Positions 9,793 through 17,447 of a DNA stretch of 64,000 nt are shown piece by piece; position 1 is the first letter of the stretch, and each line of letters starts with the position of its first letter. This DNA comes from Nitrospirota bacterium (GTDB lineage: Bacteria; Nitrospirota; UBA9217): the NCBI GenBank assembly GCA_035516175.1, contig DATJAO010000038.1, forward strand, positions 28,427 to 92,426, written 5' to 3'. Below the pieces are notes generated by a model. The model was not told the DNA's origin and did not search any database. It was given only the letters and a program-made list of their open reading frames with translations. A program made the translations under genes and the position numbers.

Positions 9793-10169
9793 AAGTCGGG
9801 GAGGATGTTAAAGCTATTCCTCTCCACAGAACAAGACCGCGCCAAAGAGGATTCAATCAGCCGTTACTCTTCCCTTACCGAGTCTTCGGAGCAAGATGAT
9901 ACATCCCTCCGGTCAGTACTCCTGCACGCGGTTCGGGCAATCTTGACAAGTAATATTGCTTTGGGTATAGTTTTCACATGTCTTCCCCGTACCATCCTCC
10001 CCTTTGCCCCCGTGACGGTTCTCAGAGGTGAATATTACCTTGACTTAAAAGCCCGTATATGAAATAGTTGTTAATATAAACACCTGTGTGGAGGAGGTAA
10101 ACATCGAAATATTTGAAAATATTATAACGTAAACTGATGTATACTATAACGATAAAGGGAGGTATAAAA

Positions 10170-11027
10170 ATGTCATTGAGAAGAGCAGGCTTTTTCGCAG
10201 TCGTCATAACATTTTCCGTTCTCATTACCGGCAGCGCCTACGCACAGCTTGTAGGCACGGTCAAGGATGTAATTGATCCCGTCGGTAGCACAGGCAAGGT
10301 GGACTGGACTACGGGAGTGATAACGGCGGTTGGCATCGGCGCACCTCCGGCCCAGCCAGCGAACCCGGCTCAGGCGCGCGCGATGGCCGAGAGGTCAGCG
10401 CAAGTCGTCGCGTACCGCAATCTGCTGGAAGCAGTGAAGGGCGTACGGGTGGATTCAACTACGACCGTGGAGAACTTCATCGTCACGAGCGATGTGATCA
10501 AAACACAGGTGAATGGTATCATTCAGGGCGCCACGGTAATGGATAAAAAATACATGTCTGACGGATCAGTGGAGGTCACCGTCGGGATGCAGCTTACCGG
10601 AGCACTGGCTGAATCGCTGCTCCCAAAAACTCCTCTGACACCTCCTGGAGGGTTGCCTGGCACATCTGTTCCGGGAACCACGGGACAACTTTATACTGGT
10701 CTCATCGTGGACGCGCGTGGTCTCGGCGTCAGGCCCGCTATGGCGCCCAAGATCCTGAATGAGGATGGCAAGGAGGTCTATGGCTCCGCATGGATCAACA
10801 GGGACTATGCCGTGCGGGAAGGCATGGTCGGCTATATGAAGGATCCCGTTGCTGCTCAGGCAAATCCTCGCGTGGCGGATAAGCCGCTTATGGTAAAGGC
10901 GCTTAAGGTTTCCGGCGATGGCAGGGTGGACACGGTCATCAGCAATGCCGATGCAGCCATGCTCCAGGGCGTATCGCAGAATCTGAGCATGCTCGAAAAA
11001 TGCAGGGTTATCATTCTGGTCGATTAG
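10170..11027 (+). CDS. Secreted two-domain protein: LPP20/FlgP-like N-domain plus conserved C-terminal domain of unknown function (paralog A)
   Basis: AAGGGAGG RBS. Sec signal peptide ending TGSAYA-Q. N-domain (GIGAPPAQ...AQARAMAERSAQVVAYRNLLEAVKGVRVDS...YMSDGSVEVTV) has the alternating Ala/Leu pattern of the LPP20/FlgP lipoprotein family. C-domain (GLIVDARGLGVRPAMAPKILNEDGKEVYG...CRVIILVD) is shared with ORF 13801..14835. Confidence 0.6.
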   Translation: MSLRRAGFFAVVITFSVLITGSAYAQLVGTVKDVIDPVGSTGKVDWTTGVITAVGIGAPPAQPANPAQARAMAERSAQVVAYRNLLEAVKGVRVDSTTTVENFIVTSDVIKTQVNGIIQGATVMDKKYMSDGSVEVTVGMQLTGALAESLLPKTPLTPPGGLPGTSVPGTTGQLYTGLIVDARGLGVRPAMAPKILNEDGKEVYGSAWINRDYAVREGMVGYMKDPVAAQANPRVADKPLMVKALKVSGDGRVDTVISNADAAMLQGVSQNLSMLEKCRVIILVD

Positions 11028-11095
11028 CAAGCCGTGCGATGGTAAGAGGATCAGCCCGTATGGCCGATCTCGAGAATAACGATGGGAGGTAGGCA

Positions 11096-12274
11096 ATGTT
11101 TACAGTGGTGAAACGCCTCATACTGGCAGTAACTGCCCTCGCGGCGCTGACTGCGGTTGCTGGTTGCGGGCCCAAGGCCGCACCGTCAATGTCGGTGATG
11201 GACACGCCCGAGTATCATTATAATCAGGGTCTGAAGGCATTGGACGCCGACAGACTGGATGACGCGATGCGAGAGTTCGACCGCGCAGTCGCCCTTGACC
11301 CGAAATCTCCGTTCGGTTATATCGGCAAAGGCCTCACCTTGGGCAAAAAAGGCGACTTTAAGCCGGCCTATGAGAACATGGAAAAAGCAAAGGATTATGA
11401 GAAAAAAGGCATCGAATCCCGCATAGGCATGATCAGGCTCTACGGAATGCAGATGGCCAAGGACCAGAAGCAGGTCAATGACCTCGTCAAATCGGCCGAG
11501 CACGAATTCAAGGCTGCCAATGAGAAGGAGCCGAACAACCCGCGACTGCACTACTACATGGGGATGTGCTACAAGATGGCGCTCGATTTCGACAAAGCCG
11601 CGACGATGTTCCGCGCTGTTCTCGACATGAATCGCGACTTCGTCGGAGAAGCCAATGCAGAGTGGGCCCTGATCCAGAAGATTCAGCGCGCAGCTCCCGG
11701 AACTGAGATCGGCAAGAAGATCGCCCTCATCGACAAAATCGACCGGGCCGATATCGCAGCACTCTTCGACCAGGAGATGAACCTGGAGAAACTCTTCACC
11801 AAGCGGGGAACGAAGACCTATGATACGAGTTTCAAGGCACCAACCGAGTCATCAACCCGCTTTTCGCCGGAGACGACGGTGAAGATGGAACCCGCCACGG
11901 ATATCGAAAACAACTGGCTCAAACCGAGCATCGAAACGGTGCTCAAGCTCCAGGTCCGGGGCCTCGAGGCCGGCCCGAACCACACCTTCGAGCCTGACAA
12001 GCTGATTACGAAGGCGGAGTTCGCACTCATGCTTGAAGACATTCTGATCAAGGTTTCCGGCGACGAGAAGCTCGCCACGAAGTACATTGGTACGACGTCG
12101 CTCTTTCCCGATGTGCGGAACGACCATTACGCGTTCAATGCCATCATGGTCGTGACCTCGCGAGGCTTTATCGAGGCCGATAAGGCGACGGGTGAATTCA
12201 AACCGAATGACCCCGTGTCGGGCGCTGATGCCCTGCTCGCGATACGGGAGTTTAAGGACCAGCTTAAGTTCTAA
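11096..12274 (+). CDS. TPR-repeat lipoprotein with SLH-like C-terminal domain
   Basis: Lipobox LTAVAGC after the signal peptide. TPR repeats in residues ~40-190. C-terminus (ITKAEFALMLEDIL...FPDVRNDHYAFNAIMVVTSRGFIEA) resembles an S-layer-homology motif. A strong intrinsic terminator follows. Confidence 0.6.
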   Translation: MFTVVKRLILAVTALAALTAVAGCGPKAAPSMSVMDTPEYHYNQGLKALDADRLDDAMREFDRAVALDPKSPFGYIGKGLTLGKKGDFKPAYENMEKAKDYEKKGIESRIGMIRLYGMQMAKDQKQVNDLVKSAEHEFKAANEKEPNNPRLHYYMGMCYKMALDFDKAATMFRAVLDMNRDFVGEANAEWALIQKIQRAAPGTEIGKKIALIDKIDRADIAALFDQEMNLEKLFTKRGTKTYDTSFKAPTESSTRFSPETTVKMEPATDIENNWLKPSIETVLKLQVRGLEAGPNHTFEPDKLITKAEFALMLEDILIKVSGDEKLATKYIGTTSLFPDVRNDHYAFNAIMVVTSRGFIEADKATGEFKPNDPVSGADALLAIREFKDQLKF

Positions 12275-12288
12275 TCGGATTTACCGAT

Positions 12289-12322
12289 GCCCGCCCCGCA
12301 TATATCGGGGCGGGCTTTTTTG
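12289..12322 (+). terminator. Rho-independent terminator (GC stem gcccgccccg/cggggcggg plus T6)
   Basis: Perfect 9-10 bp GC-rich inverted repeat with an 8-nt loop, followed by TTTTTT, 15 nt after the stop of the TPR lipoprotein gene. Confidence 0.85.
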
Positions 12323-12327
12323 ATGTC

Positions 12328-13719
12328 ATGATGAACAGACCTCTATTCGCAATGATAATTCTTGCCGGAATCTGTTTTCCAGGCATTGCCGGCGCCGAAC
12401 TGAAAGTACTCTCCGGCGAGCACACCGTTGTTTATGACATCGTCAATCCACGGGGAGTAGCCTTTATTCCCGATTATTCCAATGAATCATCCGAACAGAA
12501 AGTTATCAGTCAGGACGAGTTCAGCAAACGGGTGCAAGTGACCTCCAAGATGTACCCCATGAAGACCCGTGTTCCGTATCCTATTCAGGGTGGAGTTATG
12601 CCTCCGTCTGTAATGCAGTACCTTGTGCCGGAACGTGACCGGCAGTCCAATGACCCCGCAATCGTGCGCCTTGCACAGGACGTGACTCGTGGCAGCCGGT
12701 ACGCCCATGAAGCGGCCAACGCAATCCTATCATGGATTGCGGACAACCTGACATTCGATACGAGCATCTCAACGCCTTCAGATGCACTCTCGGCGCTGAG
12801 GTACAAAAAAGCCTATTGCGTCGGCTACTCCAATCTCGCTGTGGCAATGCTCAGAGCGGCAGGCATCCCCGCTCGCGTGGCCCACGGCTATCTCCCGCCG
12901 GGATATGATTGGGGTTTTTCAAAAGAATATTGGGGTGTTAAAGTCAATGACGGCGGCTTCCACGCCTATCTGGAGATATACTATCCCGATACTGGATGGG
13001 TATTTTCCGATGCCGAGCATTCCCATAATTTCGTAGATCCATTCCATATCGTTCTTCACCTCGACGGAATGGAAATGCCGGGAGCGTACAAAGGAGGCTA
13101 TCTGGAAGTTGACAAGGCCACATTCTACACCATCTTTCAGGAAGAGGATAAGTCCGTAATGGTCGATGAACTGCCTATACCGAAAGAGAAGCGGCTCGGC
13201 AGGCGTCTGGACGATGTTCAGCATTCGGCGCTCGTAACAGGCAGGGTAACCGATACTAATGGCGCCCCGGTGCAAAAAGGTTCTGCGGTCTTATGGAAAG
13301 ACGGCAGGGGTACGCCGTATCCATTCGCTGACGGCCATTATGCCGCGGCACTGACGATCCCGGGGAAATACCGGGTTGAACTAAAAGGCCCTGGTTTTGC
13401 AAAGTCGTCCCAAGAACTTCAGATAGAACAGGGGACAGTATACCGGCTGAATTTTACCCTGCATCCGGGCGGTAGCATTAAGGGAAAAGTTACAGATTCG
13501 GCGGGCAGGCCCATTGAGGATGGCGACGTTTTCTATCGTGACGGGAACACCAGTTACGGCGTTTCCATCGAAAAAGACGGCACATATAGAATAGAAGGTC
13601 TTGCCCCTGGTCAATACAAAGTATCTGTCATGACGGGCAATAGGGAGACATCGCGTACAGGCCAGGTGGAAGCAGGCAAAGAAACCTTGATGGATTTTAT
13701 TGTACCTATGGTAAAATAA
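12328..13719 (+). CDS. Secreted transglutaminase-like cysteine protease-fold protein with two C-terminal carboxypeptidase-regulatory-like (Ig/transthyretin-like) domains
   Basis: Signal peptide (AGICFPGIAGA). Transglutaminase-core motif YKKAYCVGYSNLAVAMLRAAGIPARVAHGY with downstream H and D (HAYLEIYYPDTGWVFSD). Two repeats of the GxVTDxxGxPxxxG...Y beta-sandwich pattern (GRVTDTNGAP..., GKVTDSAGRP...). Confidence 0.65.
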   Translation: MMNRPLFAMIILAGICFPGIAGAELKVLSGEHTVVYDIVNPRGVAFIPDYSNESSEQKVISQDEFSKRVQVTSKMYPMKTRVPYPIQGGVMPPSVMQYLVPERDRQSNDPAIVRLAQDVTRGSRYAHEAANAILSWIADNLTFDTSISTPSDALSALRYKKAYCVGYSNLAVAMLRAAGIPARVAHGYLPPGYDWGFSKEYWGVKVNDGGFHAYLEIYYPDTGWVFSDAEHSHNFVDPFHIVLHLDGMEMPGAYKGGYLEVDKATFYTIFQEEDKSVMVDELPIPKEKRLGRRLDDVQHSALVTGRVTDTNGAPVQKGSAVLWKDGRGTPYPFADGHYAAALTIPGKYRVELKGPGFAKSSQELQIEQGTVYRLNFTLHPGGSIKGKVTDSAGRPIEDGDVFYRDGNTSYGVSIEKDGTYRIEGLAPGQYKVSVMTGNRETSRTGQVEAGKETLMDFIVPMVK

Positions 13720-13800
13720 TGTGAAGGGAAAATGGTCTTGAAGGAGTCCTGCGTCTTTTTTGTCTTTCCTATTTCATGACATAGTAGCTTGAGGGACAGA

Positions 13801-14835
13801 ATGAAAAAATACCCCATTAATGTTTTTATCCTTACTTTTTGTCTTCTGTATTCTGGATCTTTGTGGGCACAGACCTTCGGCCTGGCGGATGCGGTAGAGA
13901 CCACGGCCGCTGGCGCGATCAACTGGACAGTCGGAGAAGTCTATGCGAAGGGGATCGGAGCACCTCCGGCATTTCCCGGGAATGCGGCCCAGGCCCGAGC
14001 CATGGCCGAACGGGCGGCATACGTAGTAGCGCTCAGAAACCTGCTTGAAACCGTCAAGGGGGTCCGTGTTGACGCTGAAACCGTTGTTGAGAACTATATA
14101 GTAAAGAGCGACGTGATCAGGACCAGGGTGGAGGGAATCGTCAAGGGCGCCAGGATCGTGAACACCCAGTACATGCCGGACGGTTCGGTCGAAGTGCTTG
14201 TAGCAATGCCCATGAGAGGGGCTTTTTTGAATGCTATTGTACCGGACTCGTTCGGCAGACCGTCGATAATCCCGGTTCCTCAGAAACCGGCGCCTGTTGC
14301 ACCAGAAAAAAAGATAGAGCCACTGAAACCCGAACCGACCATACCAGCGCCTCCTGCTTTGCCTGAGACAAAAATAGAGCCTCCGAAGCCTTCACCACAG
14401 CCCCAGCAACCCGAAAAGAAAGCAGAACCGTCAAAGCCTGAGCCTGTTCAGCCCGTTCCCGCACCGCAGGGTCAGCCGACGGTGGCGTTCAAAGGCGGCG
14501 TCGCCACCGGACTGGTGATAGACGGCAGAGGGCTGGGTTTGAGGCCTGCACTGTTGCCGAAGATAGTCGATCAGCAGGGCCAGGAAATCTACGTAGGTCA
14601 GGTCGTAACCAGAACGAATGCCGTTGAACAAGGCGTAGCCGGCTATGCGAAAGATGTAAATGCCGCCACGAACAATTTTCGGGTGACCGACAACCCGGCC
14701 GTCATCAAGGGGGTGAACGCGTCCGGTGCGGCGAGAACGGATGTCGTAATCGGCCAGGCTGATGCGCAGGCACTCCGGCAAATGTCCGGAAAAGGCGATT
14801 TTCTGCAGTATTGCAGGGTCATCATTGTCTACTGA
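13801..14835 (+). CDS. Secreted two-domain LPP20/FlgP-like protein with Pro-rich imperfect-repeat linker (paralog B)
   Basis: GAGGG RBS before the ATG at 13801 (the track ORF begins at a TTG at 13789). Signal peptide. N-domain GIGAPPAFPGNAAQARAMAERAAYVVALRNLLETVKGVRVDAETVVENYIVKSDVIRTRVEGIVKGARIV...YMPDGSVEVLV is co-linear with paralog A. A Pro-rich linker follows with three imperfect KxEPxKPxP repeats. The C-domain is shared (GLVIDGRGLGLRPALLPKIVDQQGQEIYVG...CRVIIVY). Confidence 0.6.
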   Translation: MKKYPINVFILTFCLLYSGSLWAQTFGLADAVETTAAGAINWTVGEVYAKGIGAPPAFPGNAAQARAMAERAAYVVALRNLLETVKGVRVDAETVVENYIVKSDVIRTRVEGIVKGARIVNTQYMPDGSVEVLVAMPMRGAFLNAIVPDSFGRPSIIPVPQKPAPVAPEKKIEPLKPEPTIPAPPALPETKIEPPKPSPQPQQPEKKAEPSKPEPVQPVPAPQGQPTVAFKGGVATGLVIDGRGLGLRPALLPKIVDQQGQEIYVGQVVTRTNAVEQGVAGYAKDVNAATNNFRVTDNPAVIKGVNASGAARTDVVIGQADAQALRQMSGKGDFLQYCRVIIVY

Positions 14836-15018
14836 TCCCCTGATTCGCGAAAAAACGTCACCGTGATTATTCTCGGTGCATTTTTCGTCACGGCAATGAT
14901 TCTTGACATGATCGGCCTGTTTGTGATAGGAAGTAACAGAACATATTCGGGCTGTGTGTGATCGCGACCGGTTTGGTTGTGATAAAATATTTTTCCTGAA
15001 CTTATCTGGAGCATGTTC

Positions 15019-16395
15019 ATGCCAAGGGCCGCATCGCGGTTTTACATAGTGTTTTTTGTTTTCATCGTGTTAGCAGGATGCGTACCACCCCGGCCCATAC
15101 CGCGATATCGGGATGTCAGCAACCCCCTCAAACGAGTGGCCGTATTACCGATGAAAAACGATACCTTGGATGTCGATGGTCCGAATGTTGTCAGAAAAAA
15201 GATGATCGCGGCCCTGGAAAATAAATCCTATTATGTAAAAAACACGCAAGAAACAGACCAGATACTCCGCGATCAAATGGGGATCAATCTCGGTGGACAG
15301 CTGGAGTTGACAACACCGCAGAAAATCGGCGAGGTTTTGGGCGTTGAAGGATTATTATATGGAACGCTCATGGATTTCGATGAGACAACAACAGGCCTGC
15401 TGGACGTTAAAAAGGTCAGAGCGAAATTCAAGCTCGTGAACGCGATGACGGGCCAGACAGTCTGGGAACGGGGGCTCGGGGTAAGGTCGGAAGTGAGAAT
15501 GTCAGGAACATCGGGAAGCGCTGTTGCTCTTGCTGCCCGTGCGGCGGATGCCAAGGAAAAAGATGTTCCCTGGGTGACCATCGAGAGCGCTGCCACCAAC
15601 GAGAAAAATGTCGGGCGTTCTCTGGCGTATAGCGTCGGGGCTCAGCTTTTTTCCAAAGCCGTCGGCATCCATCTTGACTATGAATCATCCGAGCTCGTAC
15701 GAAGGGTCGCGGATAACCTACCCTGGGGGCCCGGCCCGGTTGATGTAGCCACTTTACCGCCGCCCGTGATTACGGTTCCTGAAATCAAGATGCCCGAACC
15801 ACCATCGTTCGGGTATATGGATTGGGAAGGAAAACGGGATTTCTCCGCGGTCATCTTCTCCACCTCTTTTGATAAGAGCAGGAACGAGCCCATTAACATG
15901 GAAACCCCGATAGCGATCGCAGGGAACAGAATTCGGATGGACATGGATATGTCAGGGATGATGAAAGGGGCGTCACAGTCCCCGCTCAGCAAGGTGGTCA
16001 TGATCGGTCGGGGCGATAAGAATATCAGTTATACCCTTTATCCCAATAGCCAGAAATACATGGTTCATAAGGAAAATGCGGAAATAAGGGAAAAACCCCA
16101 GATCGAGAGGACCATAGTAGGTAGCGAGGTTGTCAATAAGCATCCGACTGACAAGTTCAAGGTACGGATCACCTATAAGGATGGGAGGGTCGAGGAAGGC
16201 TTTATCTGGAACGCCAGAGATCTCGACGGCATGACCATTAAGAGCGAAGTGGAGAATAAAGACTTCAAAATAACAACGGAGCTGAGGCACATCGTCCTCA
16301 GGACTCCTCGCGCCTCGTTGTTCGAGATACCGGATGGCTATGCGGAGGCCAAGAGTATCATGGATTTGATGTCTTCAGAGCCGAATAAGAAATAA
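15019..16395 (+). CDS. Lipoprotein with N-terminal CsgG/DUF799-like (TolB-N-like fold) domain and C-terminal beta-rich domain of unknown function
   Basis: Lipobox VLAGC. N-domain pattern RVAVLPMKNDT...VVRKKMIAALENKSYYV...ETDQILRD...GVEGLLYGTLMDFDE parallels the CsgG/GNA1162-type motif (VxVLPFxNxT...amphipathic helix...LxGxIxxY). A ~230 aa C-terminal domain has no recognisable signature. Confidence 0.55.
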   Translation: MPRAASRFYIVFFVFIVLAGCVPPRPIPRYRDVSNPLKRVAVLPMKNDTLDVDGPNVVRKKMIAALENKSYYVKNTQETDQILRDQMGINLGGQLELTTPQKIGEVLGVEGLLYGTLMDFDETTTGLLDVKKVRAKFKLVNAMTGQTVWERGLGVRSEVRMSGTSGSAVALAARAADAKEKDVPWVTIESAATNEKNVGRSLAYSVGAQLFSKAVGIHLDYESSELVRRVADNLPWGPGPVDVATLPPPVITVPEIKMPEPPSFGYMDWEGKRDFSAVIFSTSFDKSRNEPINMETPIAIAGNRIRMDMDMSGMMKGASQSPLSKVVMIGRGDKNISYTLYPNSQKYMVHKENAEIREKPQIERTIVGSEVVNKHPTDKFKVRITYKDGRVEEGFIWNARDLDGMTIKSEVENKDFKITTELRHIVLRTPRASLFEIPDGYAEAKSIMDLMSSEPNKK

Positions 16396-16435
16396 TGTAT
16401 AAGAACACAGAATGCGAGCACAAGGAGGCGACACA

Positions 16436-17410
16436 ATGAAAAGAGGTTCATGGTTGACACTGGCAATCATGCTGTTGGTCTCGGTCGTGCCCATCATAGG
16501 TGGTTGCGGCCCCACGACGTCAGGAGCTGTCAAAAATGACACGACCCTGACAGATACTTCAAGGCAGCTGAAAACGACGAGCAGCGTCTCGGAATACAAA
16601 GGTCCTAAACTCCGGGTAGGCGTGGTCAATTTCCAGAACAAGACCCCTTCGAGGGTGCTGGGGATTGGAGAAGCTGCCGCCGATATTCTGGGGACCATCC
16701 TGCAGAATACCGACCGTTTCATCGTCATTCCACAGCAGGACATGGAATCCATCCTCTCGCAGCAGCGCATGGGCGCAACGGGGGCGGTCAATCCTGACAC
16801 TGCTGCCGAGATGGGAAAGGTGCTGGGACTGAATGCGATCGTGACCGGCGCAGTGACTGCCTATTCCGAAACAGAAGAAGGTTCCGATTACCTTGTGGCG
16901 AAAAGCAAGAAACAAATCGCGCGAGTCACGGTGGATTACCGCATTGTCGATACGACCACGGGAGTACAGCTCATGGCTGATTCCGGCGCGGGAATCTATT
17001 CCAAATCAGAAAGCAGGGTTCTCGGGATGGGTTCCAAAGCAGGATACGACCCCGATCTTCGCGACGGCGCCCTTCGGGACGCCCTGACCAAGGCCATGGT
17101 CAACATGATGCAAAAACTCGGCACTAAGAAGTGGAACGGTCGGATCGCCCAGATCGACGGAGACAACCTGTACATCAATGCTGGCCAGAGGTCCGGTTTG
17201 AACGTTGGGGACAAACTCAAGGTCTTCAGGACGGGCAAGGATATCATTGATCCGGTGACCAAAATGAAGCTCGGAACAACGGAAAACCTGATTGGTGAGG
17301 CGATCGTGCAACAGAATGACCTCGGTGACCAGGCCGATCTCTCCATTGCAAGGCCGACTTCTGGCACCGGTTTCAAGGCGGGAGACGTCGTTAAGCTGAG
17401 CGAGAAGTGA
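16436..17410 (+). CDS. CsgG-family outer-membrane lipoprotein with small C-terminal beta domain
   Basis: Lipobox IIGGC. KLRVGVVNFQNKT...AADILGTILQNTDRFIVIPQQDMESILSQQ...LNAIVTGAVTAYSE matches the E. coli CsgG segments IFVSVYNIQDET...ATAMLVTALKDSRWFIPLERQGLQNLLNER...ANIMVEGSIIGYES block by block. Start chosen at MKRGSWL inside track ORF 16412. Confidence 0.7.
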   Translation: MKRGSWLTLAIMLLVSVVPIIGGCGPTTSGAVKNDTTLTDTSRQLKTTSSVSEYKGPKLRVGVVNFQNKTPSRVLGIGEAAADILGTILQNTDRFIVIPQQDMESILSQQRMGATGAVNPDTAAEMGKVLGLNAIVTGAVTAYSETEEGSDYLVAKSKKQIARVTVDYRIVDTTTGVQLMADSGAGIYSKSESRVLGMGSKAGYDPDLRDGALRDALTKAMVNMMQKLGTKKWNGRIAQIDGDNLYINAGQRSGLNVGDKLKVFRTGKDIIDPVTKMKLGTTENLIGEAIVQQNDLGDQADLSIARPTSGTGFKAGDVVKLSEK

Positions 17411-17447
17411 TGGCTTATGGTGCGGGAGTGCCTGAAAGGATGATCCC

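Noticed and set aside
9805-10062. 85 aa ORF in the gpmI / LPP20-like intergenic region
   Set aside because: No RBS, Ser/Leu-rich low-complexity translation, and it overlaps the AT-rich putative promoter region. More likely noncoding.
13839-14048. 69 aa ORF in an alternate frame inside the LPP20-like paralog B
   Set aside because: It overlaps in-frame conserved paralogous coding sequence and is a shadow ORF.
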